Shown here piece by piece: positions 54,363 to 64,000 of a stretch of 64,000 nucleotides of DNA. A program made the translations under genes and the position numbers. A model generated the notes under the pieces. It was not told the DNA's origin and ran no database searches. It was given only the letters and a program-made list of their open reading frames with translations. The first letter of the stretch is position 1, and each line of letters starts with the position of its first letter. The stretch covers positions 64,001 to 128,000 of the forward strand of contig CAVWBU010000016.1 in assembly GCA_963753345.1 (NCBI GenBank). Direction: 5' to 3'. The DNA is from an uncultured Fibrobacterota bacterium. Lineage in GTDB: Bacteria; Fibrobacterota; Chitinivibrionia; Chitinivibrionales; FEN-1185.

Positions 54363-56387
54363 CTAAAAGACCCCGGTTAGAGAAACATGTATGTCCCAGA
54401 TGTTTTCGTGGACGTCGAAGGTCCTTCCGAATGCGGCATGGAATTGCAGCCGGCGCTCGAGCATGTACGATACCGATGCGAACGGCGTCACGCGCGAGCC
54501 GGCAGTGGGAAGAAGCGAATAATCCCGATTGAGCACGTTGAACTCCCTCAGATCATTGTACTCATAGGAAAACCCCGCGGCCAGCTGCCCGGTGTTCTGC
54601 ACGGTTGCCGCCGCCGTGAGTTTGATCCCGTGTTGCCATGACTTGTCGACAATGGCATAATAGTCCCCCTCGGTGGATGCCGCCGGTGAATTTGCAAGCA
54701 CGGAGGAATCGATGTACTCCCTTGCGTTCCACCAGCCGAAGTCACAGTAGGTTTCCTTCCATTCGGCCATGAAGGTGAGCCATGAGGCGGCGGCAACATC
54801 GAACAGAAACAGCGACGTCCATTTGCGGGAGTACGGCGGCGGCGAGCCCCGTTTGGTTTCGGGAAATTCGTAACTCGTCACCTTTGCGTCCGCGCTCATG
54901 GCCTCCGAGAGCGTGCACCGCTGCGCCACAACGAAACCGGCGCTTCCGCCCACGCGGTAAAACTGGTCGATGGTGTTGTCGCCGCTCTTTTCCTTCTTAA
55001 TATAGTTCGTAAGATTCTTTGAATACTCTCCAAACAGCGACGCCTTGCCCCACGACGAGGGAATCGGCACGAGCGTGAGTCTCTGCCTGTTGACAATGAT
55101 GTCGTTGTCGAGCGGCGGGTCGGGACGGATGGTATCGCGGCCCGAAACGTAGAAAACCGGATAGTCTTTTGAGTACCTCGAAATGTCGAACGTGTATTCG
55201 GCGCCGATGCCGTTCTTGAAGTACTTCTGGAGCGTATGGATCATCGCGGCGCGAAATCCCGTGTAATCGTCGAGGCTGGCCAGCTGCCCTTCGAGGTTCA
55301 TCAGCTGAAGCTGCGGGGTGAGCGTGGCGGACCCGCCTTCATCGGCGGTAAGCGAATGCTTTTCCTCACGTTCCCAGTCGATCTTTATCCCTCCCGCATA
55401 GGTCACCGGGAACATGGAATCCGTTCCGAGGAGAAAATTGACCGAATTATCGGTGTTCTTCTTGTCGCCCCATACGTCGCGGTACGACAGCGTGTGCTCG
55501 GCGTACGTATATACCGCTTCCGGAATAAGAAACAGCCTCGGCTTTCCCTTGATGCCGGCGCTTACCTGATACGAACGCTCGGTCTTCTCCGGATCGTCGA
55601 TGAACTGCGGCTTGCCCTGGGCCTGACCGAGGAACGCGTCTCTCCCGTTTGTCAATGAGTCGGCATACGCCACGAAACAGCTGTCGCCGGTGGGAAGGGA
55701 CGCGTGAAAAAAGGCGAAACCCGTTCCGGACACCAGGCGGGACGTCCCCATGGACCTGCCATAGCCGCGCACGTTTACAATGAGGGGGATTAACGGGAGC
55801 GGTTTCGTCGGAGAGCCGATTTCCCCCCCGGCATAAAACCCCTTGTCGCGGGAAATAGCGTCGTATTCGGCGGCGTTCACCACGCCGAGGCTGTCCGTCC
55901 ATGCCCTCGCCGTTCCGCCGCCGTGCACGCTCACCGGTATGCCGAAGGGGTTCGCCTCAAGAACAGGCCCGGCTTCTATTGAACCGAGAATGCCCTCCCG
56001 CGACGTGCGCTGGTTCAGGATGAGCACGGGCGTCCATTCGAGCCCGGCCGACAGGCCCAGCGGAAACCGCTTTCTGACAAAGCGGCCCGAAAGGTCATAA
56101 AACTGATCCTCGGTGTTGAATCTTGAATCGTTGATCAATTCGTAATCGACGTTCTGATCCACGCCCAAGGACGCGCTGTTGCTTGTTATGGTCACCGAAT
56201 CTTTCGATTTGAACGTGCGGATATACAGATTCTGGTCCGATCCGTAGGCGGTGCGGTTTGAATCGGCCTGCGGAACCGGCGTGGGAACGACCAGTATCTG
56301 CGGCCACGAATTAACCTGGCAGGGTGCGGGAAGCGCGGCAAACGCTGCACAGGCGGCGGCAGCGACAGGGATCAGGGCTTTTCGCAT
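54363..56387 (-). CDS. Hypothetical outer membrane beta-barrel protein
   Basis: Signal peptide MRKALIPVAAAACAAFA; strand pattern; terminal Phe (IHVSLTGVF). Confidence 0.65.
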   Translation of the reverse strand: MRKALIPVAAAACAAFAALPAPCQVNSWPQILVVPTPVPQADSNRTAYGSDQNLYIRTFKSKDSVTITSNSASLGVDQNVDYELINDSRFNTEDQFYDLSGRFVRKRFPLGLSAGLEWTPVLILNQRTSREGILGSIEAGPVLEANPFGIPVSVHGGGTARAWTDSLGVVNAAEYDAISRDKGFYAGGEIGSPTKPLPLIPLIVNVRGYGRSMGTSRLVSGTGFAFFHASLPTGDSCFVAYADSLTNGRDAFLGQAQGKPQFIDDPEKTERSYQVSAGIKGKPRLFLIPEAVYTYAEHTLSYRDVWGDKKNTDNSVNFLLGTDSMFPVTYAGGIKIDWEREEKHSLTADEGGSATLTPQLQLMNLEGQLASLDDYTGFRAAMIHTLQKYFKNGIGAEYTFDISRYSKDYPVFYVSGRDTIRPDPPLDNDIIVNRQRLTLVPIPSSWGKASLFGEYSKNLTNYIKKEKSGDNTIDQFYRVGGSAGFVVAQRCTLSEAMSADAKVTSYEFPETKRGSPPPYSRKWTSLFLFDVAAASWLTFMAEWKETYCDFGWWNAREYIDSSVLANSPAASTEGDYYAIVDKSWQHGIKLTAAATVQNTGQLAAGFSYEYNDLREFNVLNRDYSLLPTAGSRVTPFASVSYMLERRLQFHAAFGRTFDVHENIWDIHVSLTGVF

Positions 56388-57157
56388 GACAGCCTGTACA
56401 GTTCGAGCCATTGGTCCGCACTCAGGTCTTCGGCGCGCGCGCCGGCAGGGATTCCCATGCCGCACAACAACCCTGTCCAGCGGTCGCGGCCGCCCTCCCT
56501 GCCCAGCACATTCGCGAGCATCTTTCTTCTCATTCTGAAACCGCGGTCCACAAAGGAAAAATAGTCCTGCCATCGCGACACGCGAAGTTTGGTATCCAGG
56601 TCCTTTTCGACAAGGATCTGAAAGACGGTGGAATCGACCTTCGGCTTGGGAAAAAACGCCCCGGCCGGAACATGGAACAGGATCTGCGGCTTCCCGAAAA
56701 ACCGGCAGAACACCGTAAGAAACCCGTTTTCTTTGGTATGCGGGCCGGCCGCGATCCTCTGCGCAACCTCGCGCTGAACCATGAAGGTGCACGATAGAAT
56801 ATTGTTTCCGTGCAAAAGCGTCTTGCGGAGTATCATGGCGCCGATTGAGTACGGCAGATTCCCCACCACGTGAAGAGGGAACCCCGCGGCGCCGAAATCA
56901 AAACCAAGCACGTCGCATTGGTGGATAGTCCACGCTCCCGGCCCGAGCGCGGCGGAAAGCGCGGAGGCTGCGTCCGGATCGATTTCCACGCAATGCACAC
57001 CGGGAAACCGCTTGACAAGATGGAACGTGAGCGCGCCCTTCCCCGCACCGATTTCGAGCACGTTCTCCTGCCCGGAGGCGGGAACGCTTGCGGCAATGCG
57101 CCGTGCGTGCGAGACCGACGTGAGAAAATGCTGGCCGAGGTGTTTCTTGGGACCCAT
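56372..57157 (-). CDS. rsmA: 16S rRNA dimethyladenosine transferase
   Basis: PKKHLGQHFL, VLEIGAGKG, VVGNLPY, MVQREVAQR, FFPKPKVDS, RAEDLS. Confidence 0.95.
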   Translation of the reverse strand: MGPKKHLGQHFLTSVSHARRIAASVPASGQENVLEIGAGKGALTFHLVKRFPGVHCVEIDPDAASALSAALGPGAWTIHQCDVLGFDFGAAGFPLHVVGNLPYSIGAMILRKTLLHGNNILSCTFMVQREVAQRIAAGPHTKENGFLTVFCRFFGKPQILFHVPAGAFFPKPKVDSTVFQILVEKDLDTKLRVSRWQDYFSFVDRGFRMRRKMLANVLGREGGRDRWTGLLCGMGIPAGARAEDLSADQWLELYRLSCEKP

Positions 57158-57241
57158 GGAACATCACCCGCATCCCGATCCATCACACGCGATCAATTTG
57201 ACAATGGCCGTCATACAACGTAGTTTTCAAGTACGTCATCG

Positions 57242-57667
57242 TTGAAGAAAAAGGAGAACCCCGTGAAGAAAACAGCATGCATTGCCGCGGTATGCGCCCT
57301 CTTGATCTGCGCCCTGTCGTGCCAGAAAAAAGAACCCGCCGCACAGACCGCCCCGGCCGCCGAGCCTTCGAAGGTCGAATTCGTGCCTCCCGCGGATTCC
57401 TCGGTGACGATCGACCAGATGAAGAAATGGATCGTGTGCAACGTATACCTCGATTCGCTCAGCCTCCTGTACAAGGATTCTTTTTCGGTAAACGACCCCG
57501 CGAAGCAGATGGCCTGTCAGGACCGCTTTGTGAAATCGGAAGACAGGATCTGCGTCCGCCTCGGCATCACCGGCGGCTACGCGGAATACCTGTGGATACT
57601 CCGGAATCTCGGCAACCCGAAAAACAAGCGGATCGTCGACTCGCTCAAACTGGCGACCTACAAATAA
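57242..57667 (+). CDS. Hypothetical lipoprotein (start may be GTG 57263)
   Basis: Lipobox ALSC after a hydrophobic stretch; host-like codon usage. Confidence 0.7.
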   Translation: MKKKENPVKKTACIAAVCALLICALSCQKKEPAAQTAPAAEPSKVEFVPPADSSVTIDQMKKWIVCNVYLDSLSLLYKDSFSVNDPAKQMACQDRFVKSEDRICVRLGITGGYAEYLWILRNLGNPKNKRIVDSLKLATYK

Positions 57668-57694
57668 CCTTGTCGCACGCGGTGCGCAGGCCGC

Positions 57695-59317
57695 TCAGAA
57701 ATACACCCCGCCGTTCACCTGGACTATCGACCTGCCGTCGAATTCGTAGTCGTACCTGACATTGACGCGAAACAACCCGAACTGGTCGAAGGTCCAGAAC
57801 AGCCCGAGCCGCGTGACGGCTTCGAGGCCGTCCTTCTGAAGAAACACCCTGTGCGGAGAATCCGGCGGGTTCACCGTCCCCGAGTCCTGGAACACGTCGG
57901 TGATGTTTCCGCCGCGCTGTTTGTGGTTGGTCCTCGCGTTTGTGAAGCTGATGCCGAGCGAGTTCCGCTGTGACAACCGCGTTTCGCACGAAAGCGCGAG
58001 CAGGTCGGAGTTGGGGCCGAGCGGCGCGCCGAGGCACACGTTGAAATTATCGTAGCGGTGGCTGCCGCCGTAGAAGTGCGTGTAGACCCACGGTTCCACC
58101 CGGCAGTATTCCGCGGACGCAGTCAACTCGCGCGAAAGCAGGCTCGTAAAGTACTGTCCGCCCACGTCGAACGCCCACTTGTTGCCCCAATCGTCGGAAA
58201 ACAGCGTCCACGGGGCGGTCATATCGTCGATAAAAAACTCTCCGTACCATCTGAAGTCGTCCGGAAAAGCAATATTGCAGTCGAACGACAGCGCCTTGTT
58301 GTCCCTGTCGCCCAGGTAGTGCTCCGTAAAGACATAGGGAACAAACGGAATCATATAGGCGATTTCCCAGTCACGGGTCACGCCGTAATAGTCTTTTCGC
58401 AACGCATTGGGAGACGTGGAATCCTGCTGATTGGTGGTGCTTCCGTTGATCACCACTTCCGTGAGCCCGAGGGTGAGCCGGTTCTTGAGCAACGGCACGT
58501 TGATCCTGTGCGTGTAGAAAAACTTGGGTTTGTCGCTCTCGCTCTCCAGCTTCCCCACGGTCTGCGTGTAGTCCATGATGCCGAACGACAATTGACCCCG
58601 CACATACGTTTCCGGAGGCGCATACCCCGAGAACGTGAGCGGGCTCACCAGAGCGGGCCCCTGCTTTATTTTGTCAATCCCGGCGTCAAGACGGAACGGC
58701 GGAGCAATGTACACCACCCCGCCCCGCAGCATATCGGACGACCGCACCCTGCTTGAGTCGGCCCTTCCATACAGGTTGTACGGCACGCCGTCGTACGGCT
58801 CGTAGGTGCTGGGATGGTACATGGTGTCGGACCTGTAGTCGGTCCAGACCTCGACGCCCGAGTAGAACGACAGGCTTAACAGGTTCGCATTGAGCGTGGG
58901 CGCGGCCGTGCCGCGGACGTATCCGGCGTTGTTCGCTCCCACCGAAACGGCGTCGGTGTCGGTGAGGTCGAGATGCACGTTTACATGCGCGTCGGTTTTC
59001 TTCGACTTCCATTTGAGCAGCCCGCCGCCGGAAGAAATCCGCTTCCTGAGCGCCGCTGCGTCGAACGTTTCGGCCGGAAGCAGCCTGCCCGCGGCGGCAA
59101 GGGAATCTGTTTTGTCAAGAAAGGCGAGCGCGTCGCACACGGTCATGGGCTGGCAGAAGAACGACGCGGGAAGCGCCACGCCGTACCTGCTCGAAATGCG
59201 GTACATGAAGTTGTCGGCGGCGGGGTCTATCTTGAGCGCGGGACAGAACTCGGCGCGCAGCGGCAGCACGCACGCGACGACGGCAATCACGAGTGAAGGA
59301 AGCCTGGCGGTGGCCAT
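57695..59317 (-). CDS. Capsule assembly Wzi-like outer membrane protein
   Basis: Signal peptide, LTFSGYAPP, HRIN, GDRDNKALSFD, YGEFFIDD, EYCRVEPWVYTH, LGAPLGPNSD, terminal Phe. Confidence 0.7.
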   Translation of the reverse strand: MATARLPSLVIAVVACVLPLRAEFCPALKIDPAADNFMYRISSRYGVALPASFFCQPMTVCDALAFLDKTDSLAAAGRLLPAETFDAAALRKRISSGGGLLKWKSKKTDAHVNVHLDLTDTDAVSVGANNAGYVRGTAAPTLNANLLSLSFYSGVEVWTDYRSDTMYHPSTYEPYDGVPYNLYGRADSSRVRSSDMLRGGVVYIAPPFRLDAGIDKIKQGPALVSPLTFSGYAPPETYVRGQLSFGIMDYTQTVGKLESESDKPKFFYTHRINVPLLKNRLTLGLTEVVINGSTTNQQDSTSPNALRKDYYGVTRDWEIAYMIPFVPYVFTEHYLGDRDNKALSFDCNIAFPDDFRWYGEFFIDDMTAPWTLFSDDWGNKWAFDVGGQYFTSLLSRELTASAEYCRVEPWVYTHFYGGSHRYDNFNVCLGAPLGPNSDLLALSCETRLSQRNSLGISFTNARTNHKQRGGNITDVFQDSGTVNPPDSPHRVFLQKDGLEAVTRLGLFWTFDQFGLFRVNVRYDYEFDGRSIVQVNGGVYF

Positions 59318-59372
59318 GGTCTAAAAATACTCCCGAGAAAACCTCACCGACGCGGGAATCGCGAACCCGCGC

Positions 59373-60386
59373 TCAGTTCGCGTACTTCTTCTGAATGTCG
59401 GCGATATACCTGAGGTGCTTCTTCACATAGGAGATTTTCGTATACGGCTCGGGCACGGGGCTGGCAAGCGCCTTTCTGCAGTACGCAAGGCATTCGTTCC
59501 TTCTGCCTGCCGCATCGCTTCCGCCGACCAGGATCTGATACCCGGAAAGAAGGTCGGACCAGTTCACGGGAACGCGCTTCTCCGACATCGCGACAAGCTT
59601 CCTCGCCCACGTCATCGCCGCGGGATAGTCCTTCTGCCAATAGGCGATGCGCGCCTTGAGCCGTATGAAGATCGTGTTCGCCGGGAGTTCGGCAAGCACG
59701 GCGGATGCGATGGAATCCGCCGCACGATATTCGTTCCGTTCGATCAGGACCCAGCACAGCGAGTTCTTTGCAGAATAGGAATAGGGAAACTCAGCACCCG
59801 TGGCGAGGCGAATCTGTTCCAGCCCTTCTTCCCGCCGGTCCTGAAAAAAGGGCAGCCATTTGAGGTTCTGGCTGATGTAATAGTTAAAGATGCCGAGCCC
59901 CAGATAGGCCGGATAATATTCCGGCATCGCCTTGATGACGCGCTTGAACGCGCCGATCGAAGACGCGCCGCTCTTGACGGCTGCGGGCCAATTTCCCACT
60001 TTTGCCTGTATCACGCTGACGCCGCCCTGGATGTTGCCGATGTAAAAGAGGCACAGCAGGGAGTCCCGTCCGTTCTTCCCCGCCAGCAGCCCGGAAAGGT
60101 TCTTTACGGCGGCATTTGCCCTTTCCAAATAGTAATCGGCATCAATCGTGTAGGACTCGTAATCGAGTATCCTGGTCTGTTCGGCGGCCAGCAGAAGATA
60201 GGCGGCTTCGGCATTGCGGGGGTCGACCCGAAGGATTTTCTCAAGGGAGTTTTCGGCCGACGCGTACTGCTGATTCACCAGGTAGATCTTGGCGGAATCA
60301 AGAATTCGGCCGGTATTCACCGGCTGGCCCGCAACATGGAACCACGCCGCCAGGACAGCCAGGACGGCGCATGAACTCTTTCTCAT
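59373..60386 (-). CDS. Secreted TPR protein
   Basis: Signal peptide MRKSSCAVLAVLAAW; TPR-like helices (AYLGLGIFNYY). Confidence 0.72.
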   Translation of the reverse strand: MRKSSCAVLAVLAAWFHVAGQPVNTGRILDSAKIYLVNQQYASAENSLEKILRVDPRNAEAAYLLLAAEQTRILDYESYTIDADYYLERANAAVKNLSGLLAGKNGRDSLLCLFYIGNIQGGVSVIQAKVGNWPAAVKSGASSIGAFKRVIKAMPEYYPAYLGLGIFNYYISQNLKWLPFFQDRREEGLEQIRLATGAEFPYSYSAKNSLCWVLIERNEYRAADSIASAVLAELPANTIFIRLKARIAYWQKDYPAAMTWARKLVAMSEKRVPVNWSDLLSGYQILVGGSDAAGRRNECLAYCRKALASPVPEPYTKISYVKKHLRYIADIQKKYAN

Positions 60387-60663
60387 CGTCTGAGCGTCGA
60401 TTAGGAAGCAGCGCATGGGAATGAAAAGAAGGTTTCGGGCATGGCCCCTAAAATATGATATGCAGGCAGCGGTTGAACACAAACGCTCACCTCCAACTAA
60501 TAATATTTTTATTCGGGCGGTTACAATACTATATTATTCTCAGAAGTTATCGGTTCTCTCCGAGAGCCTGGTTCATCGTTTTTCTTCGTTCCACAGGAGT
60601 TGAAACGTTAAAATAGAGGAACCATCCTTTCACCCCCATCCAAGACTCAAAAGGACCTCCCGT

Positions 60664-63042
60664 ATGAAAATCACACCCGTATTGTCAAGACATGTGCGAT
60701 CCGCGGTTCTCTCTCTTGCGGTGTTCGGATACCTGTGCCCGTTGCTCGCGCAGGGTCTGTCGGGCGAGTACCTCGTAACCCAGCGGTGGCGGGACATGTT
60801 CTCGCGGTATTCGCCGCTCACCAACCCGGCATTGTTGACGGAAGATAATTACATCGACGTGCGGGCGTGCGGCGCATTTCCGCTGCAGGGAGCCTATCAG
60901 CTCGGCGAGGTGGGCGTCACCATCCCGAGAGGTCTGTACGAATCGTGGGGCGTCACGGTGGCTGCCCTGGGATCGGGCGGCGTGCAGCAGACCCAGGCCG
61001 TGGGAAACGAGATCCAGGTGGTGGACAGCGCCCTGCTCTACGACGAAAAATTCCTTGTCATGGGCACCTATGCAAACAACATCTGGGGCGGCCTGAGCAT
61101 CGGAGCGAACCTCGGATTCACCATGAGCACCAATTACGGCTCTCCGTATTACAATCTCAGCGGCGACGTGGGGCTCACCTATAGGCTCCTCAGGAGCCCC
61201 GTCTTCGGCGATCACGTGGTCGGACTCGCCCTGCAGAATATTCTGGAACCCATTCTCGACAACCTGAAAGATTCGGCGCTGAGCGAACCGAGCTACACCA
61301 ACAACCTCAAGCTGACGTGGCTCGGCTATTTTCTGGAGAAGCAGATCGACGCCGGCCTTGACATAAGCGTAAAGAACATCTACAGCACCCTGGCGCACGC
61401 GAGCCAGGTCCTCCACACCGACAGCGGCGACGTGATCGGCAAGAACAGTCTGGAATACGACTACAATTTCCGGGTGGGAGGATGGATCCTGCGCATCCTC
61501 AACATCTACTTCCTCATGGGAAATATCCGCCAGCCCAACGAATACTACGGGTTTGCCGCGGGTGTCAATGTGCCCCACCTCAACCAGGGACGCGATCTCC
61601 AGTTTCTGTTCCAGTACATCGGCATGCCGTACACCGAAGACGTCTCCACCTATTCCTTCTATCTGCGCGGCGAAGTCGGCATGCACCGCGAGGAAGTGTA
61701 TGCCCGCAAAATGGCGCGCGTTCTCGACCTGGCCCCCAACGAGCTTTACAACCGCGCCTGCAAGCTGTACTTCGAGGCGAAATACTGGGACGCCTTCTTC
61801 CTTTTCAGCCAGATTCTTGTCCAGTTTCCCACGTTCTTCAAGAACGACTGGGTGCAGTACTATCGCGGGGCCTGTCTGGAAAAACTTGACATGAGAGACC
61901 AATCGAGCCAGAACTATCAGGCGACCAAGAAGGACTACCCGAAAAGCTCGGTGGTCCCCTATGCCGATCTGGGGCTCATGCGTCTCGCCTACCGAGACGA
62001 GAATTCGGCCGTGGTGGGAAGCCAATTCCAGTTGCTCAGCGCGCCGGGCGTGCCCGACTCGCTCAAGTTCCACGCTTACTACCTCATGGCCGAGCAGAAC
62101 ATGAGAGACAAGAACTATCCGCAGGCGATCCAGATGTTTTCGCTCATTCCGGACAACCACCCGGAATATCCGTTCGCGCAGCACTCGCTCGCCATCGCCT
62201 ATGTGCTCACCTACAACATGGAAGAGGCGCTCAACGCGCTCGGCAACTGCATCGAGGCCAAGGTGCAGACCAACGAGCAGCGCGAAATCGTGAACAGGTC
62301 CTACGTGTTCCTCGGTTACATGTTCTACGAGCAGCTGGCGCTGTCCAAGGCGGTCACCGCGCTCCGGTCGGTTTCAAACATGAGCTATTACTACGAGGAC
62401 GCGCTGCTCGGCATGGCCTGGACCGCGCTTCGCGCGCGCCAGTGGGCCGACTGCATCTCGTACGGCCAGGCACTGCAGAAGACAAGCGCGAAGCCCACGC
62501 TCCAGTGCGAAGGCGCGCTCCTGGAGGCATACGCCCACCTCATGCAGAAGGACTACGGCCAGGCGCTCTCGGTGCTCACCGCGGCCTCGGCAAAAGCCAA
62601 GGCGCTCAGGTCGATGACGGTGGACACGCTCGAAGCAGAGCAGGTGAAATACCGGGTGAACAGGAAGACCTACGAGGTGCTCGCCTTCGACGTGAACAAG
62701 ATTTCGCTGGAGCTGCCCTCGTCCACCGTACTGCACGAGGTCGACAGCCTGCACAAGGTGCAGGGAGACGGCAAGGGCAAAATCGACAAGTACATGATCT
62801 TTGCAAACGAGTATTACCGGTCTTCGTTCTTCGCCCGGAACCTCGATGTTGTCAAGAGCGACATCGAATACGCGCTCGCGATCGTGCAGAAGATTTCGCA
62901 GCAGTCGAACAAGGCCGAATCGGAGCAGAAGATGGAGCAGAAGCAGAAGGAGCTCGACAGCCAGATCAATAAGTTGAAAGAGCAAATGAAGAATCTGGAG
63001 CCGGGGAAACAGGAAAAGCCTGGGACGGAAGAGAAGAAGTAG
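60664..63042 (+). CDS. PorV-like barrel fused to TPR repeats and a C-terminal coiled coil
   Basis: Signal peptide, TNPALL, GLSIGANL, SGDVGLTY, GLALQNI barrel motifs, then TPRs and a K/Q/E-rich tail. Confidence 0.7.
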   Translation: MKITPVLSRHVRSAVLSLAVFGYLCPLLAQGLSGEYLVTQRWRDMFSRYSPLTNPALLTEDNYIDVRACGAFPLQGAYQLGEVGVTIPRGLYESWGVTVAALGSGGVQQTQAVGNEIQVVDSALLYDEKFLVMGTYANNIWGGLSIGANLGFTMSTNYGSPYYNLSGDVGLTYRLLRSPVFGDHVVGLALQNILEPILDNLKDSALSEPSYTNNLKLTWLGYFLEKQIDAGLDISVKNIYSTLAHASQVLHTDSGDVIGKNSLEYDYNFRVGGWILRILNIYFLMGNIRQPNEYYGFAAGVNVPHLNQGRDLQFLFQYIGMPYTEDVSTYSFYLRGEVGMHREEVYARKMARVLDLAPNELYNRACKLYFEAKYWDAFFLFSQILVQFPTFFKNDWVQYYRGACLEKLDMRDQSSQNYQATKKDYPKSSVVPYADLGLMRLAYRDENSAVVGSQFQLLSAPGVPDSLKFHAYYLMAEQNMRDKNYPQAIQMFSLIPDNHPEYPFAQHSLAIAYVLTYNMEEALNALGNCIEAKVQTNEQREIVNRSYVFLGYMFYEQLALSKAVTALRSVSNMSYYYEDALLGMAWTALRARQWADCISYGQALQKTSAKPTLQCEGALLEAYAHLMQKDYGQALSVLTAASAKAKALRSMTVDTLEAEQVKYRVNRKTYEVLAFDVNKISLELPSSTVLHEVDSLHKVQGDGKGKIDKYMIFANEYYRSSFFARNLDVVKSDIEYALAIVQKISQQSNKAESEQKMEQKQKELDSQINKLKEQMKNLEPGKQEKPGTEEKK

Positions 63043-63062
63043 TTCTTTTAAATCAAGACATA

Positions 63063-63288
63063 GAGTTGGGCGTTTCCCTCCCCCTCGACAAGCTCGGGGT
63101 CGGGCCGGTCCACCCCTTCGGGTGCTTCCAAGGGTCGTCCCTGCGGGCTCGGCTGTTCGCCTCGTTGCCGCCTGTCCTTAGTCGCCTTCGGCGAAGGATC
63201 AGGGCGGCAATTCGCTTTGGCTCACCCTCCGGTCCACCTAACGCGCGGCAGAAGAAATCCTTCCAGTCAAATTTATCTCTCGCGCCAA
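63063..63288 (-). repeat. Dispersed structured repeat, family 1 copy B
   Basis: Inverted homolog of 49545-49750, lying between convergent genes. Confidence 0.8.
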
Positions 63289-63453
63289 TTCGAATCCTCA
63301 GGAAGAAATCCGCGGCATAATCATTAAACCTCACTCCTTCTCCTAGCGGAGACAGCGAAGCTGAGGCGAGTAGGACCGCATGATGAGCCGCGAGCCAACG
63401 GGACGGGGGATGAGGTCAAACAATCACAAGATAAATGGCGGCTGTCGGAACTG

Positions 63454-64000
63454 TTACTTCACAATAGCAACCTTCGAAGCTTCAAATTCCTTCCCCGCCT
63501 CAAGTACGCAGCAATATATTCCCAGCTTGACTTTCCTTCCGTTTTTTAATGAAATCTCCGCTTCGTAAACTCCCGCACTTTTGTATCCGTCAACAATCCG
63601 CGCCGCCATCCTTCCGCGGGCATCATACAGTGAAACCGTAATGCGGGACGGAAGCGGAACGCGGTATTGTATGATCAGGCATGACGCGTCGGACCGTGCG
63701 GAAATGGAATATCCCGCTGGAACAAGAGTCTTCCCTGCTCCCCTTAAAACAACTCCCGCTCCCGGCGGATCAAACCCGTTGACAAACCGGTATCCCGCCG
63801 GTATCCTGCTCAGGTTCGCGTTGTTGAACGCGCCGGGCGGCGACGCCGGATCAAAGGGCGGCCAGGCAAGGGTGCCGAAGAACCAGGGCTTGGACGTCCG
63901 GTAATAACTTGACGGTATCGAATGGTCGGTTATCGTGGAGTCCCACAGAATGCTCTTTGTCAAATAGTCGTAGTTGCCGTGCCGGATCATGGTGTTCTTT
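63454..64000 (-). CDS. C-terminal part of a secreted protein with T9SS/FlgD-type tail (partial)
   Basis: RHGNYDY...SYYRTSKPWFFG..WPPFDP, then ITVSLYDARGR...GIYCCVLEAG; the reading frame enters from the window end. Confidence 0.7.
   Translation of the reverse strand, partial: KNTMIRHGNYDYLTKSILWDSTITDHSIPSSYYRTSKPWFFGTLAWPPFDPASPPGAFNNANLSRIPAGYRFVNGFDPPGAGVVLRGAGKTLVPAGYSISARSDASCLIIQYRVPLPSRITVSLYDARGRMAARIVDGYKSAGVYEAEISLKNGRKVKLGIYCCVLEAGKEFEASKVAIVK

Noticed and set aside
1-64000. CRISPR array or cas genes
   Set aside because: No run of equal-length direct repeats with unique spacers and no Cas motifs seen.

Overview
GC-rich bacterial chromosomal window. The gene content (PorV-like barrels, proteins with T9SS-type C-terminal tails, many TPR proteins and lipoproteins, an Rnf complex) suggests an anaerobic Fibrobacterota/Chitinivibrionia-like organism, but this is an inference only. 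The backbone holds tRNA-Val(CAC), RNase P RNA, an rnfCD(G)EAB operon, a type IV pilin, mltG, a thioredoxin, a 1904-aa TPR protein, kdpFABC-x-DE, nth, rsmA and amrS. The best candidate for a new system is a tightly coupled three-gene operon (32386-36737) encoding a U32-family protein, a geranylgeranyl-reductase-like flavoprotein and an oxidosqualene cyclase, with no recognisable squalene epoxidase in the window. It may be an O2-independent route to sterols or triterpenols. Other notable items: an AT-rich island (about 17.2-19.6 kb) with attC-like sites and no integrase, carrying a wHTH + NYN nuclease pair and a predicted antisense hairpin RNA; an RnfG reduced to 61 aa; two frameshifted genes; and two families of dispersed structured intergenic repeats. 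All calls come from reading motifs by eye; no database searches were run.
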